A DNA stretch of 64,000 nt from contig CAXXTB010000002.1 of the NCBI GenBank assembly GCA_963676795.2, positions 800,001-864,000 of the forward strand. Reading direction: 5' to 3'. This document shows, in pieces, positions 1-6,829 of the stretch. Within the stretch, counting starts at the first letter, position 1. Each line of letters starts with the position of its first letter. The position numbers and the translations under genes were made by a program. This DNA is from Geopsychrobacteraceae bacterium (GTDB taxonomy: Bacteria; Desulfobacterota; Desulfuromonadia; Desulfuromonadales; Geopsychrobacteraceae). A model generated the notes under the pieces. It made no database searches and was not told where the DNA came from. It was given only the letters and a program-made list of their open reading frames with translations.

Positions 1-1
1 T

Positions 2-109
2 GGTCAGGATCTCAGTGGAGGGTGGACGAAGGCTCGTATTCTTCCCAAGGATGCAAAATCTCGGGATCGTGAGTATCTATTGGACTTAATCCCCATTGTT
101 GAAAGCTAA
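2..109 (+). CDS. 3' end of an unknown gene entering from the window edge (partial)
   Basis: Frame 2 is open from the edge (GQDLSGGWTKARILPKDAKSRDREYLLDLIPIVES*) and converges on the terminator at 201-234. Confidence 0.4.
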   Translation, partial: GQDLSGGWTKARILPKDAKSRDREYLLDLIPIVES

Positions 110-200
110 AATGATTGAAACAGGAAAGAGCAATTGGGGCATGGTGAAAGGCCTGTTCCTGCGTTGAATAATTGATGTTTTTTAAAAAAAATAAGGAAAG

Positions 201-234
201 AAAACACCGACCCTAATACGAGTCGGTGTTTTTT
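201..234. terminator. Bidirectional intrinsic terminator
   Basis: AAAACACCGAC-N10-GTCGGTGTTTT inverted repeat with A/T tails, directly after the integrase stop. Confidence 0.8.
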
Positions 235-235
235 A

Positions 236-1423
236 TTATCCAGCAATTGATCTGGTCATTTCCTCGGCGGCCTGATCAGCCGTTTTCTTGAGCTCTTCAT
301 TCATGTGATGGGCATAACGGGCGGTCATGGTCGTGTCTGAATGGCCCAGCACTTTGGAGACATTATGGATGCCAGACCGGACAGCTGCATAGCTGGCGAA
401 CGTATGCCTGAGGTCATGAATTCGAAAATCCTGAATATTTGCCACATCAAGGGCGCGGATGAATGGCTTACGCAGATCTTTCTGATATGAACCGTCCTTG
501 CCTGGAAAGACGTATTCATGTTCGCCAGCACGTTCAAGTTGTTCCTGTAAAACTTGCTTGGCCTGCTCGGACAGGTGGATCGTTCTTGATTGGCCGGTCT
601 TGGTATCGCCTAGGAAGATTGTTCCTTCATCCATGTGAACATGCTTTTGCGGCAGGCTCATGATTTCATTCTTGCGGCAGCCGGTATAGAGCAGCAAGCG
701 GATTGCCGATACTGAGCTGCTTTCGTCCAGACCATCGAGTGCGGCCAGGAATCTTTTTAACTCATCCCGAGACAGGAACCGTTCACGAGACCTCTCTTTG
801 AACTTTCGGGGGAATGTTGGCACCACCGAAAGGTATTCCCACTCATGGGCGAGTCTGAGCATGCGCTTCAGCAGGGTGATCATATGATTGGCCGAAACTC
901 CTGAGGTTCGATCCTTCTCCTTTGAATGAAGGTTGGAGATATCCTTTGGGCCAATTTCACACAGCCGTTTAGCCCCGAAGGTCGGATCAAGGATCTGGGT
1001 AATTCTCCATTCGTCTTCCTTCCAGGTTTTCTTGTGCTGTTTTGAATGGGGTAGGTAGTGCTCTTGGGCGAACTGGGAGAAGGTCAGCATGTTGCGTTTT
1101 TCCTGTTTCTCCTCTCGTGGATCATGCCCTTCTGTCAGCATGGCTTTTTGCTGATAGACCTTTTTGCGGATGTCGTCGATGCTGGTGACACCGGGAAGGT
1201 ACTCACCAAGGCTAACAGCCCCCTTTCTGCCGTAGGGGGAGGTGAACCGATGAAGAAAGTGAATCCTTCGCGTTGGGCCGACAAGGGCTTTCAGGCCGAT
1301 GCAGGTGGCGTCTGAATATTCAGTTCCATTGCTGCGGCTTTGGCTTGGATCATGGGCTGGCAGGTTTTCTAAGGTCCGTCGCGTGAAGACAAACTTTTTG
1401 TTCGTTTTGGCTCCAATTTTCAT
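236..1423 (-). CDS. Tyrosine recombinase / integrase with N-terminal arm-binding domain
   Basis: Catalytic motifs TGCRKNE (R), KT (K), HDLRHT (HxxR), LGH and TARYAH (Y); SD AGGAGG upstream. Confidence 0.93.
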   Translation of the reverse strand: MKIGAKTNKKFVFTRRTLENLPAHDPSQSRSNGTEYSDATCIGLKALVGPTRRIHFLHRFTSPYGRKGAVSLGEYLPGVTSIDDIRKKVYQQKAMLTEGHDPREEKQEKRNMLTFSQFAQEHYLPHSKQHKKTWKEDEWRITQILDPTFGAKRLCEIGPKDISNLHSKEKDRTSGVSANHMITLLKRMLRLAHEWEYLSVVPTFPRKFKERSRERFLSRDELKRFLAALDGLDESSSVSAIRLLLYTGCRKNEIMSLPQKHVHMDEGTIFLGDTKTGQSRTIHLSEQAKQVLQEQLERAGEHEYVFPGKDGSYQKDLRKPFIRALDVANIQDFRIHDLRHTFASYAAVRSGIHNVSKVLGHSDTTMTARYAHHMNEELKKTADQAAEEMTRSIAG

Positions 1424-1689
1424 TGTTGTTTTCCTCCTGATGATTTCTTTTCTGCTCTGTTTTGCCAGAGCATATGCTGGCTAGTTCCTGGAACAGTTTC
1501 CGCAAACCCGCATAGAGCACGGGCTCGCGTTCTCAATAATATGTTCTATGGTATCTGTACGGTATTTTGTGCTTAATTTCGCCAGATCGAATCAGGTGAT
1601 TTTGGGGTGCAGGGTGAGTGGTGAGGTTTTCTTCCCCATGGCATGAGCCAGCCCATTTTTTTGAACGCAGGGGAGGGGGGTGGTCAGGG

Positions 1690-2088
1690 TTAAGATTTTT
1701 CGTCATCGACGCTGATCTGATAGACGCCCATGCCGTAGTAGAAGACAAAGTTCTCCTGCCAGATCTGAAAGATTTCCTTGCCTGAGTCCAGCGGGTAGTC
1801 ATGGCCACGATGACCAAACAGCTTCAGGCCGAAATCAAAATCCAGCTCTTTTTCCAGTTCTGCATAGGAACCGATCCCCACATAGGCAAAGTCGGTGATG
1901 TAGTTCAGTTGGCCCGTAGGCAGAATCATGATCTCAACAGGATGAAAGCCTCCAGCCTCGGCACTGTACTGCGGATCTCTGAAATTGAGGGTAAGTGTCT
2001 GGTTGTTGTAGCGGCCGATCTTCTTGTTCAGTAGCTCTACCAATCGTGGATGAAGAAAATACGGGCAGCTCTTCGTGTCAACAGTCAT
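1690..2088 (-). CDS. DUF2787-like protein
   Basis: LNFRDPQYSAEAGGFHPVEI...YITDFAYVG...ELEKELDFDF...WQENF signature. Start placed at ATG 2088 (GGAG SD); the frame stays open to 2226. Confidence 0.75.
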   Translation of the reverse strand: MTVDTKSCPYFLHPRLVELLNKKIGRYNNQTLTLNFRDPQYSAEAGGFHPVEIMILPTGQLNYITDFAYVGIGSYAELEKELDFDFGLKLFGHRGHDYPLDSGKEIFQIWQENFVFYYGMGVYQISVDDEKS

Positions 2089-2105
2089 GCTTATACTCCA
2101 TAATG

Positions 2106-2134
2106 AAAAGCCTCGACGGTAAGTCGCCGAGGCT
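2106..2134 (-). terminator. Terminator-like hairpin just upstream of the DUF2787 ribosome-binding site
   Basis: Minus strand AGCCTC-GGC-GAC-TTACC-GTC-GAGGCT followed by TTTCATTA. Confidence 0.5.
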
Positions 2135-2161
2135 GGATCAAGGTTGTTTGATGACGCTTTT

Positions 2162-2473
2162 TCAGTCGTTGCTTGTGGCCGGTGGTGGAAGAAGTCGTGG
2201 CTCAGGTTGGTTCTGTTCGGTCTCATTGAAGGCCTGGATAAGAGTGTATCCGGCTGTCATGATGGTTGTTGGTGTCGGGTTCCAGAGCGGCGTCAGAATG
2301 TCGCTGACCTCCTGAATGGCGGCGGGTGTCGCTTTGACGATCTCAGCGCCTTCATTCTCACAGAGGTCGATTATATCCTGCGCAAACTCCGTTGTTATGT
2401 CGAGAAGCTCATCAAGCTTCATAGCCATGAAACCTGGATTAGTGATGTTGTCGAAGAAATCAGACCAGCTCAT
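2162..2473 (-). CDS. Hypothetical acidic protein
   Basis: 103-aa ORF with a 4-nt ATGA overlap with the upstream gene; co-oriented with its neighbours. Confidence 0.6.
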   Translation of the reverse strand: MSWSDFFDNITNPGFMAMKLDELLDITTEFAQDIIDLCENEGAEIVKATPAAIQEVSDILTPLWNPTPTTIMTAGYTLIQAFNETEQNQPEPRLLPPPATSND

Positions 2474-2805
2474 GTCGATTCCACTTCGGGAAGGTGGTTG
2501 ATAAGGATCTGGCGGATCGCGTCCGCATAACCCGCAATGTCCGGGCAGATAATACTGACGCCGTCACCGCTGTTGCCGTAGATCACGACGCCAATGAGGC
2601 AATTCTGCTGGCGAGATACTCCCTCCAGGCAGGAGTCGATATTCCGGCATATCTGTTTACTGAGTTCTGGGGGCTGATCGTTTACTTCAATGAAAATGAC
2701 AGAGCTGTTCTCGGGGAGGTCGGATAATAGAAACCGGACGGGTGGTTGGTAGGGGAGCGGAATGTTATCAATTTCGCCAGCTGAAGAGTCGGTAAGAATT
2801 TTCAT
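2470..2805 (-). CDS. Hypothetical protein
   Basis: 111-aa ORF with GGAGG SD and 4-nt overlaps at both ends. Confidence 0.65.
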   Translation of the reverse strand: MKILTDSSAGEIDNIPLPYQPPVRFLLSDLPENSSVIFIEVNDQPPELSKQICRNIDSCLEGVSRQQNCLIGVVIYGNSGDGVSIICPDIAGYADAIRQILINHLPEVEST

Positions 2806-3119
2806 ATCGAGTCCTCCCAGAACACAATTTCTGAGGCATAGACACAGCGATGAAAGGTGCGCTGATGGTTGTCGATACGCAAGGTAATCGTGGCCGTCTC
2901 TTCCGGTTGGCCGAGAGCTTTTAGATAGTCATGATCACTCTTGGTTAAGATGACGATGTTCAGCTCATGGTCTGCAAGGTCATCTTCGTCACCATATTCG
3001 AGAATTTCTGCAATGCAGAAGCTGGCGAAGCCATAGATCTCACGATGAAGTGCCGGGTCGTTGTTGAGTTGTTTCAGTTCGGATAGGGAATGATATGTTT
3101 GCATATGCGAGTCCTTCAT
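2802..3119 (-). CDS. Hypothetical acidic protein
   Basis: 105-aa ORF (alternative start 3104), first of three coupled genes. Confidence 0.65.
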   Translation of the reverse strand: MKDSHMQTYHSLSELKQLNNDPALHREIYGFASFCIAEILEYGDEDDLADHELNIVILTKSDHDYLKALGQPEETATITLRIDNHQRTFHRCVYASEIVFWEDSI

Positions 3120-3265
3120 TGTTTGTGAGGCTGAAAAAGAAAACCCTGAGCCTCGGGTGAGGTCAGGGTTTTCGTTCTGAAATCGCAGTGTCGAAAGTCG
3201 TTAATGGCTGGGGGAGGGATACTGGTCAAAAATGGATTTGTGATTTGCCTTGGTGTGTTTGTCAT
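3116..3265 (-). CDS. Putative 49-aa leader peptide / small ORF
   Basis: GAGGAG SD then ATG; MTNTPRQITNPFLTSIPPPAINDFRHCDFRTKTLTSPEAQGFLFQPHKQ*; the stop overlaps the next ATG (ATGA). Confidence 0.35.
   Translation of the reverse strand: MTNTPRQITNPFLTSIPPPAINDFRHCDFRTKTLTSPEAQGFLFQPHKQ
3134..3173 (-). terminator. Intrinsic terminator upstream of the small-gene cluster
   Basis: GAAAACCCTGA-CCTC-ACCC-GAGG-C-TCAGGGTTTTC then TTTTT on the minus strand. Confidence 0.75.
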
Positions 3266-3349
3266 AATTATCTCCTCTTGATGTTATGGGCGATGGCAAG
3301 GAGATAATATCTGCTTCAAAATTGAGTCATTACAGCTTCGATGGCTGAT

Positions 3350-4234
3350 TTACGCTTTGTTCTGTGAAAAATCATACAGAGCATCAGCGAGTTCCATGAT
3401 CTCGTTCTTTTGAAAAAGAACATCAAGCCATTTTTGCGGAATGCTTTTATGGCCGTAAAAAGCACCGGCAATTTGACCGCAGATAGCCGCAGTTGTATCA
3501 GCATCATCACCAAGGTTGGCTGCGGTGAGAATGGCATCAGAGAAAGACTCTGTTGACAAGAAGGACCAAACGGCAGCTTTTAAGGATTCAGGGGCATAAC
3601 CACTGCCGATGATTAGCTCACTTGGTGTTGTGGAGAGTCCTTGCCATTCTGGGGTTATCGCTTCGATATCGAGCTTTTTAGCTCCCGACAGGGCTTTGAA
3701 GATAGCCTCAGAAAGCTGAGCCCCTGTGAGATGGCAGACTTCAGCGGCATGAGTCGTGAGTGTTGTGAGTCTCGTAAACTTCTGTATTTCATCAAGGTCG
3801 GGATAGTAGGCAAGAACTACGGGGGCCTGCCTCATTAACGCCCCATTGCCAGCTGAGCGAGGATTATTGTCTCCGGCGTATGGATTCCCATCTTGGCGGA
3901 ATTTGAATAGGGCCTTCATCACCGTCTTGCCAACTCCGACCGGGCGGGATTTCGGACCAGGTTTGCCCGTACTAAACCAGTTGGAGTAGCGATTCATCTG
4001 GTCGTAGGGATCATGCCCTTGGCAGTCAACAAGGCTTGCCGCCAAACAGATTGCCATGCTTGTATCGTCAGTCCATTCGCCTGGACTGAGCCGAAACTTC
4101 CCGCCACCGATCATGCCGGTTACTGGTGTGAATCTGCCGCGAGGGTAAAATTCAACCGCACAGCCAATCGCATCGCCACAAGCGAGCCCGAGTAATGCGC
4201 CACGGTAGCGTTCAATTAAAGAGATGTCTGTCAT
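3350..4234 (-). CDS. ADP-ribosylglycohydrolase (DraG/ARH family)
   Basis: GLACGDAIG, GEWTDDT, AGNGALMR, THA and NLGDDADTTAAICGQIAGA motifs. Confidence 0.93.
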   Translation of the reverse strand: MTDISLIERYRGALLGLACGDAIGCAVEFYPRGRFTPVTGMIGGGKFRLSPGEWTDDTSMAICLAASLVDCQGHDPYDQMNRYSNWFSTGKPGPKSRPVGVGKTVMKALFKFRQDGNPYAGDNNPRSAGNGALMRQAPVVLAYYPDLDEIQKFTRLTTLTTHAAEVCHLTGAQLSEAIFKALSGAKKLDIEAITPEWQGLSTTPSELIIGSGYAPESLKAAVWSFLSTESFSDAILTAANLGDDADTTAAICGQIAGAFYGHKSIPQKWLDVLFQKNEIMELADALYDFSQNKA

Positions 4235-4431
4235 GTGTGGACCTTTCTGATCGGTATCAATGGGAGTGAGATTACCGTAAATATCGCCTTTCTATGTGAC
4301 ATTAAACGTCATGCTGGCAGATTTAGATCTAAGGGAGAGCAGGTTATTGTGGTATGTTGTTAGGGATTTTTAATTGTGATTGGCTTACACCCTATAACCC
4401 TGCAACAGATAAGCTATGACAAGGAGGAAAC

Positions 4432-4641
4432 ATGATACTGAACCACACAACATTTTACGATGAACTCGACTCTTTTCAGACGTTCCCGGAATTGATCACC
4501 AATCTGACAGAGGAGAGTTTTAAAAATGTTTTTGACTGCGATATGGCTAGAAAACACAAGAACATTGTGTATGTTTGGAGAGCTGAAAAGAAAATCAAAC
4601 GCTTAAAAGGTGAGAGCGATATCATATATATCGGGCAGACG
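4432..4641 (+). pseudogene. GIY-YIG-like nuclease gene truncated by IS256
   Basis: AGGAGG SD; IVYVW...IIYIGQT motif ending exactly at the IS left inverted repeat. Confidence 0.6.
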
Positions 4642-5958
4642 GATAAAGCAACATTTCTTCTGTAAAAGTGGTTTCCCCTTTGGGGCATCTATTGATCTTT
4701 GAACGTTAAATAATTTCTGCCCGTTTCCCACTCTTCTGATATTTCCATCAAAACGGCACTGACGAGCCTTAAGCAGGAGTCTTCGTTGGGAAACAGGGTT
4801 GCAACTCTGGTACGACGCAGGATCTCTTTGTTGACACGTTCCAGAACATTGCTGGTTCTGATTTTCTTCCTGTGCTCCTCTGGAAACTGGAGAATCGCCA
4901 GACCTTCTTCAATGTTTTCTTCTGCCCATTTGGTTAATTGGGGGGCCGATGATCCGTAACGTTCTACAAACAGGTCCAGTTGTCTTTTCGCTTCTGCTTC
5001 ATCGGGTGCCTGCAAGATATTCCTGATAGCGGACGCAACCCCTTTCTTCATCTCCTTCTTTGGCACGTAGGCCTGGGCATTTTGCTGGAGATGAAACTGG
5101 CAGCGTTGCCAGGGGACACTGGGAAAGACTGCCTTGCGGGCGGCCTTGAGCCCCTCATGGGCATCACTGATAAACAGCTTTACCCCGTGTAATTTACGCT
5201 CTTGCAAGCTGCGTAGAAAGTCTCGCCAATGGGCTTCCTGCTCTGACAGAGCTACGGAGGTTCCCAGAATCTGACGTTTGCCATCCTCGGAGACACCGAT
5301 GGCCACCAGAACGGCAACATCGATCACTGAGCCGTTATGCCGTACCTTTTCATAGCGAGCGTCGAGATAGACGTAGGGAAACGCGCCAAGGGGACGTTTA
5401 CGCCATTGGTCAAGAATATCGTCGAGCTCCTTTGCTGCACGGCTCACCTGGCTCGATGTGACCTCGCAGCCACACAGCTGCTCTGTAATTTTAGCAACCT
5501 TGCGAGTCGAAACGCCCTGAACATACATCTCAGCCAAGGCCACCTTCAGGGCCCGCTCCGAACGTAATCCCTTCTCCAGGCTAGAGGGATAAAGGCTGCT
5601 ATCCCGAACTTGGGGAACATCAACGTCAAGAGAGCCAACTCGAGTCTGAACGGTCTTTGGCTTATACCCGTTAGCATGGCCGCGACGGGCATTGCTGCGC
5701 TCGTAGGGACCAACACCAAGATGGTGCTGGCGTTCAAGGCGCATAGCCTCATTGATAACTCTGCGGATCGCCTCTCCGAGAGCATCGAAGCCATCATCAG
5801 CTAATAGTTTTACAACATCCTCAATCGCGTTATAATCTGCCGGACGGGTCATGGTTTCTTTCCTCTCTGGTTGGGTTTGGCGATTCACCAAAGAGGATAA
5901 CCGTGGCCCGTCTCTTTGTCAGGCCGAATGAAATTTACAGAAACAATGATGCACTAAC
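4642..5958 (-). mobile_element. IS256-family insertion sequence (1317 bp)
   Basis: Terminal IRs GATAAAGCAACATTTCTTCTGTAAA and (rc) GTTAGTGCATCATTGTTTCTGTAAA match at 19/25; no flanking direct repeat. Confidence 0.88.
4689..5852 (-). CDS. IS256-family (mutator) DDE transposase
   Basis: EMYVQGVSTRKV, YVYLDARYEKVR, ISDAHEGL, WQRCQFH and IRTSNVLERVNKEI motifs; start at ATG 5852 (or GTG 5891). Confidence 0.95.
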   Translation of the reverse strand: MTRPADYNAIEDVVKLLADDGFDALGEAIRRVINEAMRLERQHHLGVGPYERSNARRGHANGYKPKTVQTRVGSLDVDVPQVRDSSLYPSSLEKGLRSERALKVALAEMYVQGVSTRKVAKITEQLCGCEVTSSQVSRAAKELDDILDQWRKRPLGAFPYVYLDARYEKVRHNGSVIDVAVLVAIGVSEDGKRQILGTSVALSEQEAHWRDFLRSLQERKLHGVKLFISDAHEGLKAARKAVFPSVPWQRCQFHLQQNAQAYVPKKEMKKGVASAIRNILQAPDEAEAKRQLDLFVERYGSSAPQLTKWAEENIEEGLAILQFPEEHRKKIRTSNVLERVNKEILRRTRVATLFPNEDSCLRLVSAVLMEISEEWETGRNYLTFKDQ

Positions 5959-5959
5959 T

Positions 5960-6076
5960 GAAAAAACGCATAAAGGGGTATCTAGAAGAATTGCTAGATA
6001 TGGTTCAGTTGAACCTGGCGTACCAGAGGCTGTTTCAATTTCAATAAAAAGTTTCTTAAACGATTACTTAAAATAA
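5960..6076 (+). pseudogene. Orphan 3' gene fragment to the right of the IS
   Basis: Open frame EKTHKGVSRRIARYGSVEPGVPEAVSISIKSFLNDYLK* begins at the IS boundary with no start codon. Confidence 0.35.
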
Positions 6077-6129
6077 AGCTTCATATTTTACAATATTACG
6101 AACCTTCTAGGCCGCAAGCCTCAAGAGTC

Positions 6130-6444
6130 TCAATTTTTGTCCACCTCATAAACGATCTGCAGATGGGCATGGGCGACACCCTGAAGCAATTGACCGTACT
6201 GGACAGATTGCTTGTCCAGCAGGGTGTTCGTTGAGGAAAGAAACTCGTCAAGCAACTGGGAAACGGTGATGTAGCTACCGGTCTCAATCTCGTGGCTGAT
6301 CAGTTCAAACTCAGCCTGCCTGTTAACGCCTTCGACTTTCAGGTCGTCACTCCTCTGCTGATGTTTCAAAGTATAGGCAATGTAGTCATTAATGAGTTTT
6401 TTGATGTGGGTCTTGCTAAGCATGCTCGTCCTATTGATTGTCAT
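6130..6444 (-). CDS. Hypothetical helical protein, possibly a remnant of a tRNA-adjacent integrase
   Basis: 104-aa ORF just downstream of the tRNA; no catalytic motifs. Confidence 0.4.
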   Translation of the reverse strand: MTINRTSMLSKTHIKKLINDYIAYTLKHQQRSDDLKVEGVNRQAEFELISHEIETGSYITVSQLLDEFLSSTNTLLDKQSVQYGQLLQGVAHAHLQIVYEVDKN

Positions 6445-6586
6445 GAAGCTTTGGGTCCCTGTCCGGATGCATCCCGGAACAAATCATTGGGTCCGGAACC
6501 CTGTCGTGGCTGAAGACGAGTCTCTTGCGGATGTTGTGAGGGAAGACTCTCGGTGCTAATTCCGTCCGGATTTTTACCAGAAAGGT

Positions 6587-6617
6587 AAAAAAAAACGCCG
6601 ACCAAATGGCCAGCGTT
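6587..6617 (-). terminator. tRNA-Pro terminator
   Basis: Minus strand AACGCTGGCC-ATTT-GGTCGGCGTT (with G-U pairs) followed by a T run. Confidence 0.75.
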
Positions 6618-6628
6618 ATTTTTTTAAT

Positions 6629-6705
6629 TGGTCGGAGCGAGAGGATTCGAACCTCCGACATCCTGCTCCCAAAGCAGGCGCGCTACCAGACTGCGCTACG
6701 CTCCG
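6629..6705 (-). tRNA. tRNA-Pro (anticodon TGG)
   Basis: CGGAGCGTAGCGCAGTCTGGTAGCGCGCCTGCTTTGGGAGCAGGATGTCGGAGGTTCGAATCCTCTCGCTCCGACCA; 77 nt, cloverleaf, encoded CCA. Confidence 0.97.
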
Positions 6706-6829
6706 ACGGCGCATAGAAGTATCACTGTGAATTTATAAATACAACCTTTTTTTTAAATTTTTTGCATTTTCTTTTTTCGAAGGCCTTATTTGATACTCTT
6801 AAACTGTGTGGCTATCGGAAAGGGACACT

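Larger units (their letters stand above)
1..6586. mobile_element. Genomic island / integrative element remnant downstream of tRNA-Pro (left end outside the window)
   Basis: Integrase, IS256, gene fragments, DUF2787-like and orphan genes; visibly more AT-rich than the core genes; abuts the tRNA 3' end. Confidence 0.7.

Noticed and set aside
3350..4234. draG nitrogenase switch-off locus
   Set aside because: No draT or nif genes in the window and the context is a mobile island, so the symbol was not assigned.
6431..6661. 76-aa ORF starting inside the tRNA
   Set aside because: It overlaps the tRNA and its terminator, and has no SD.
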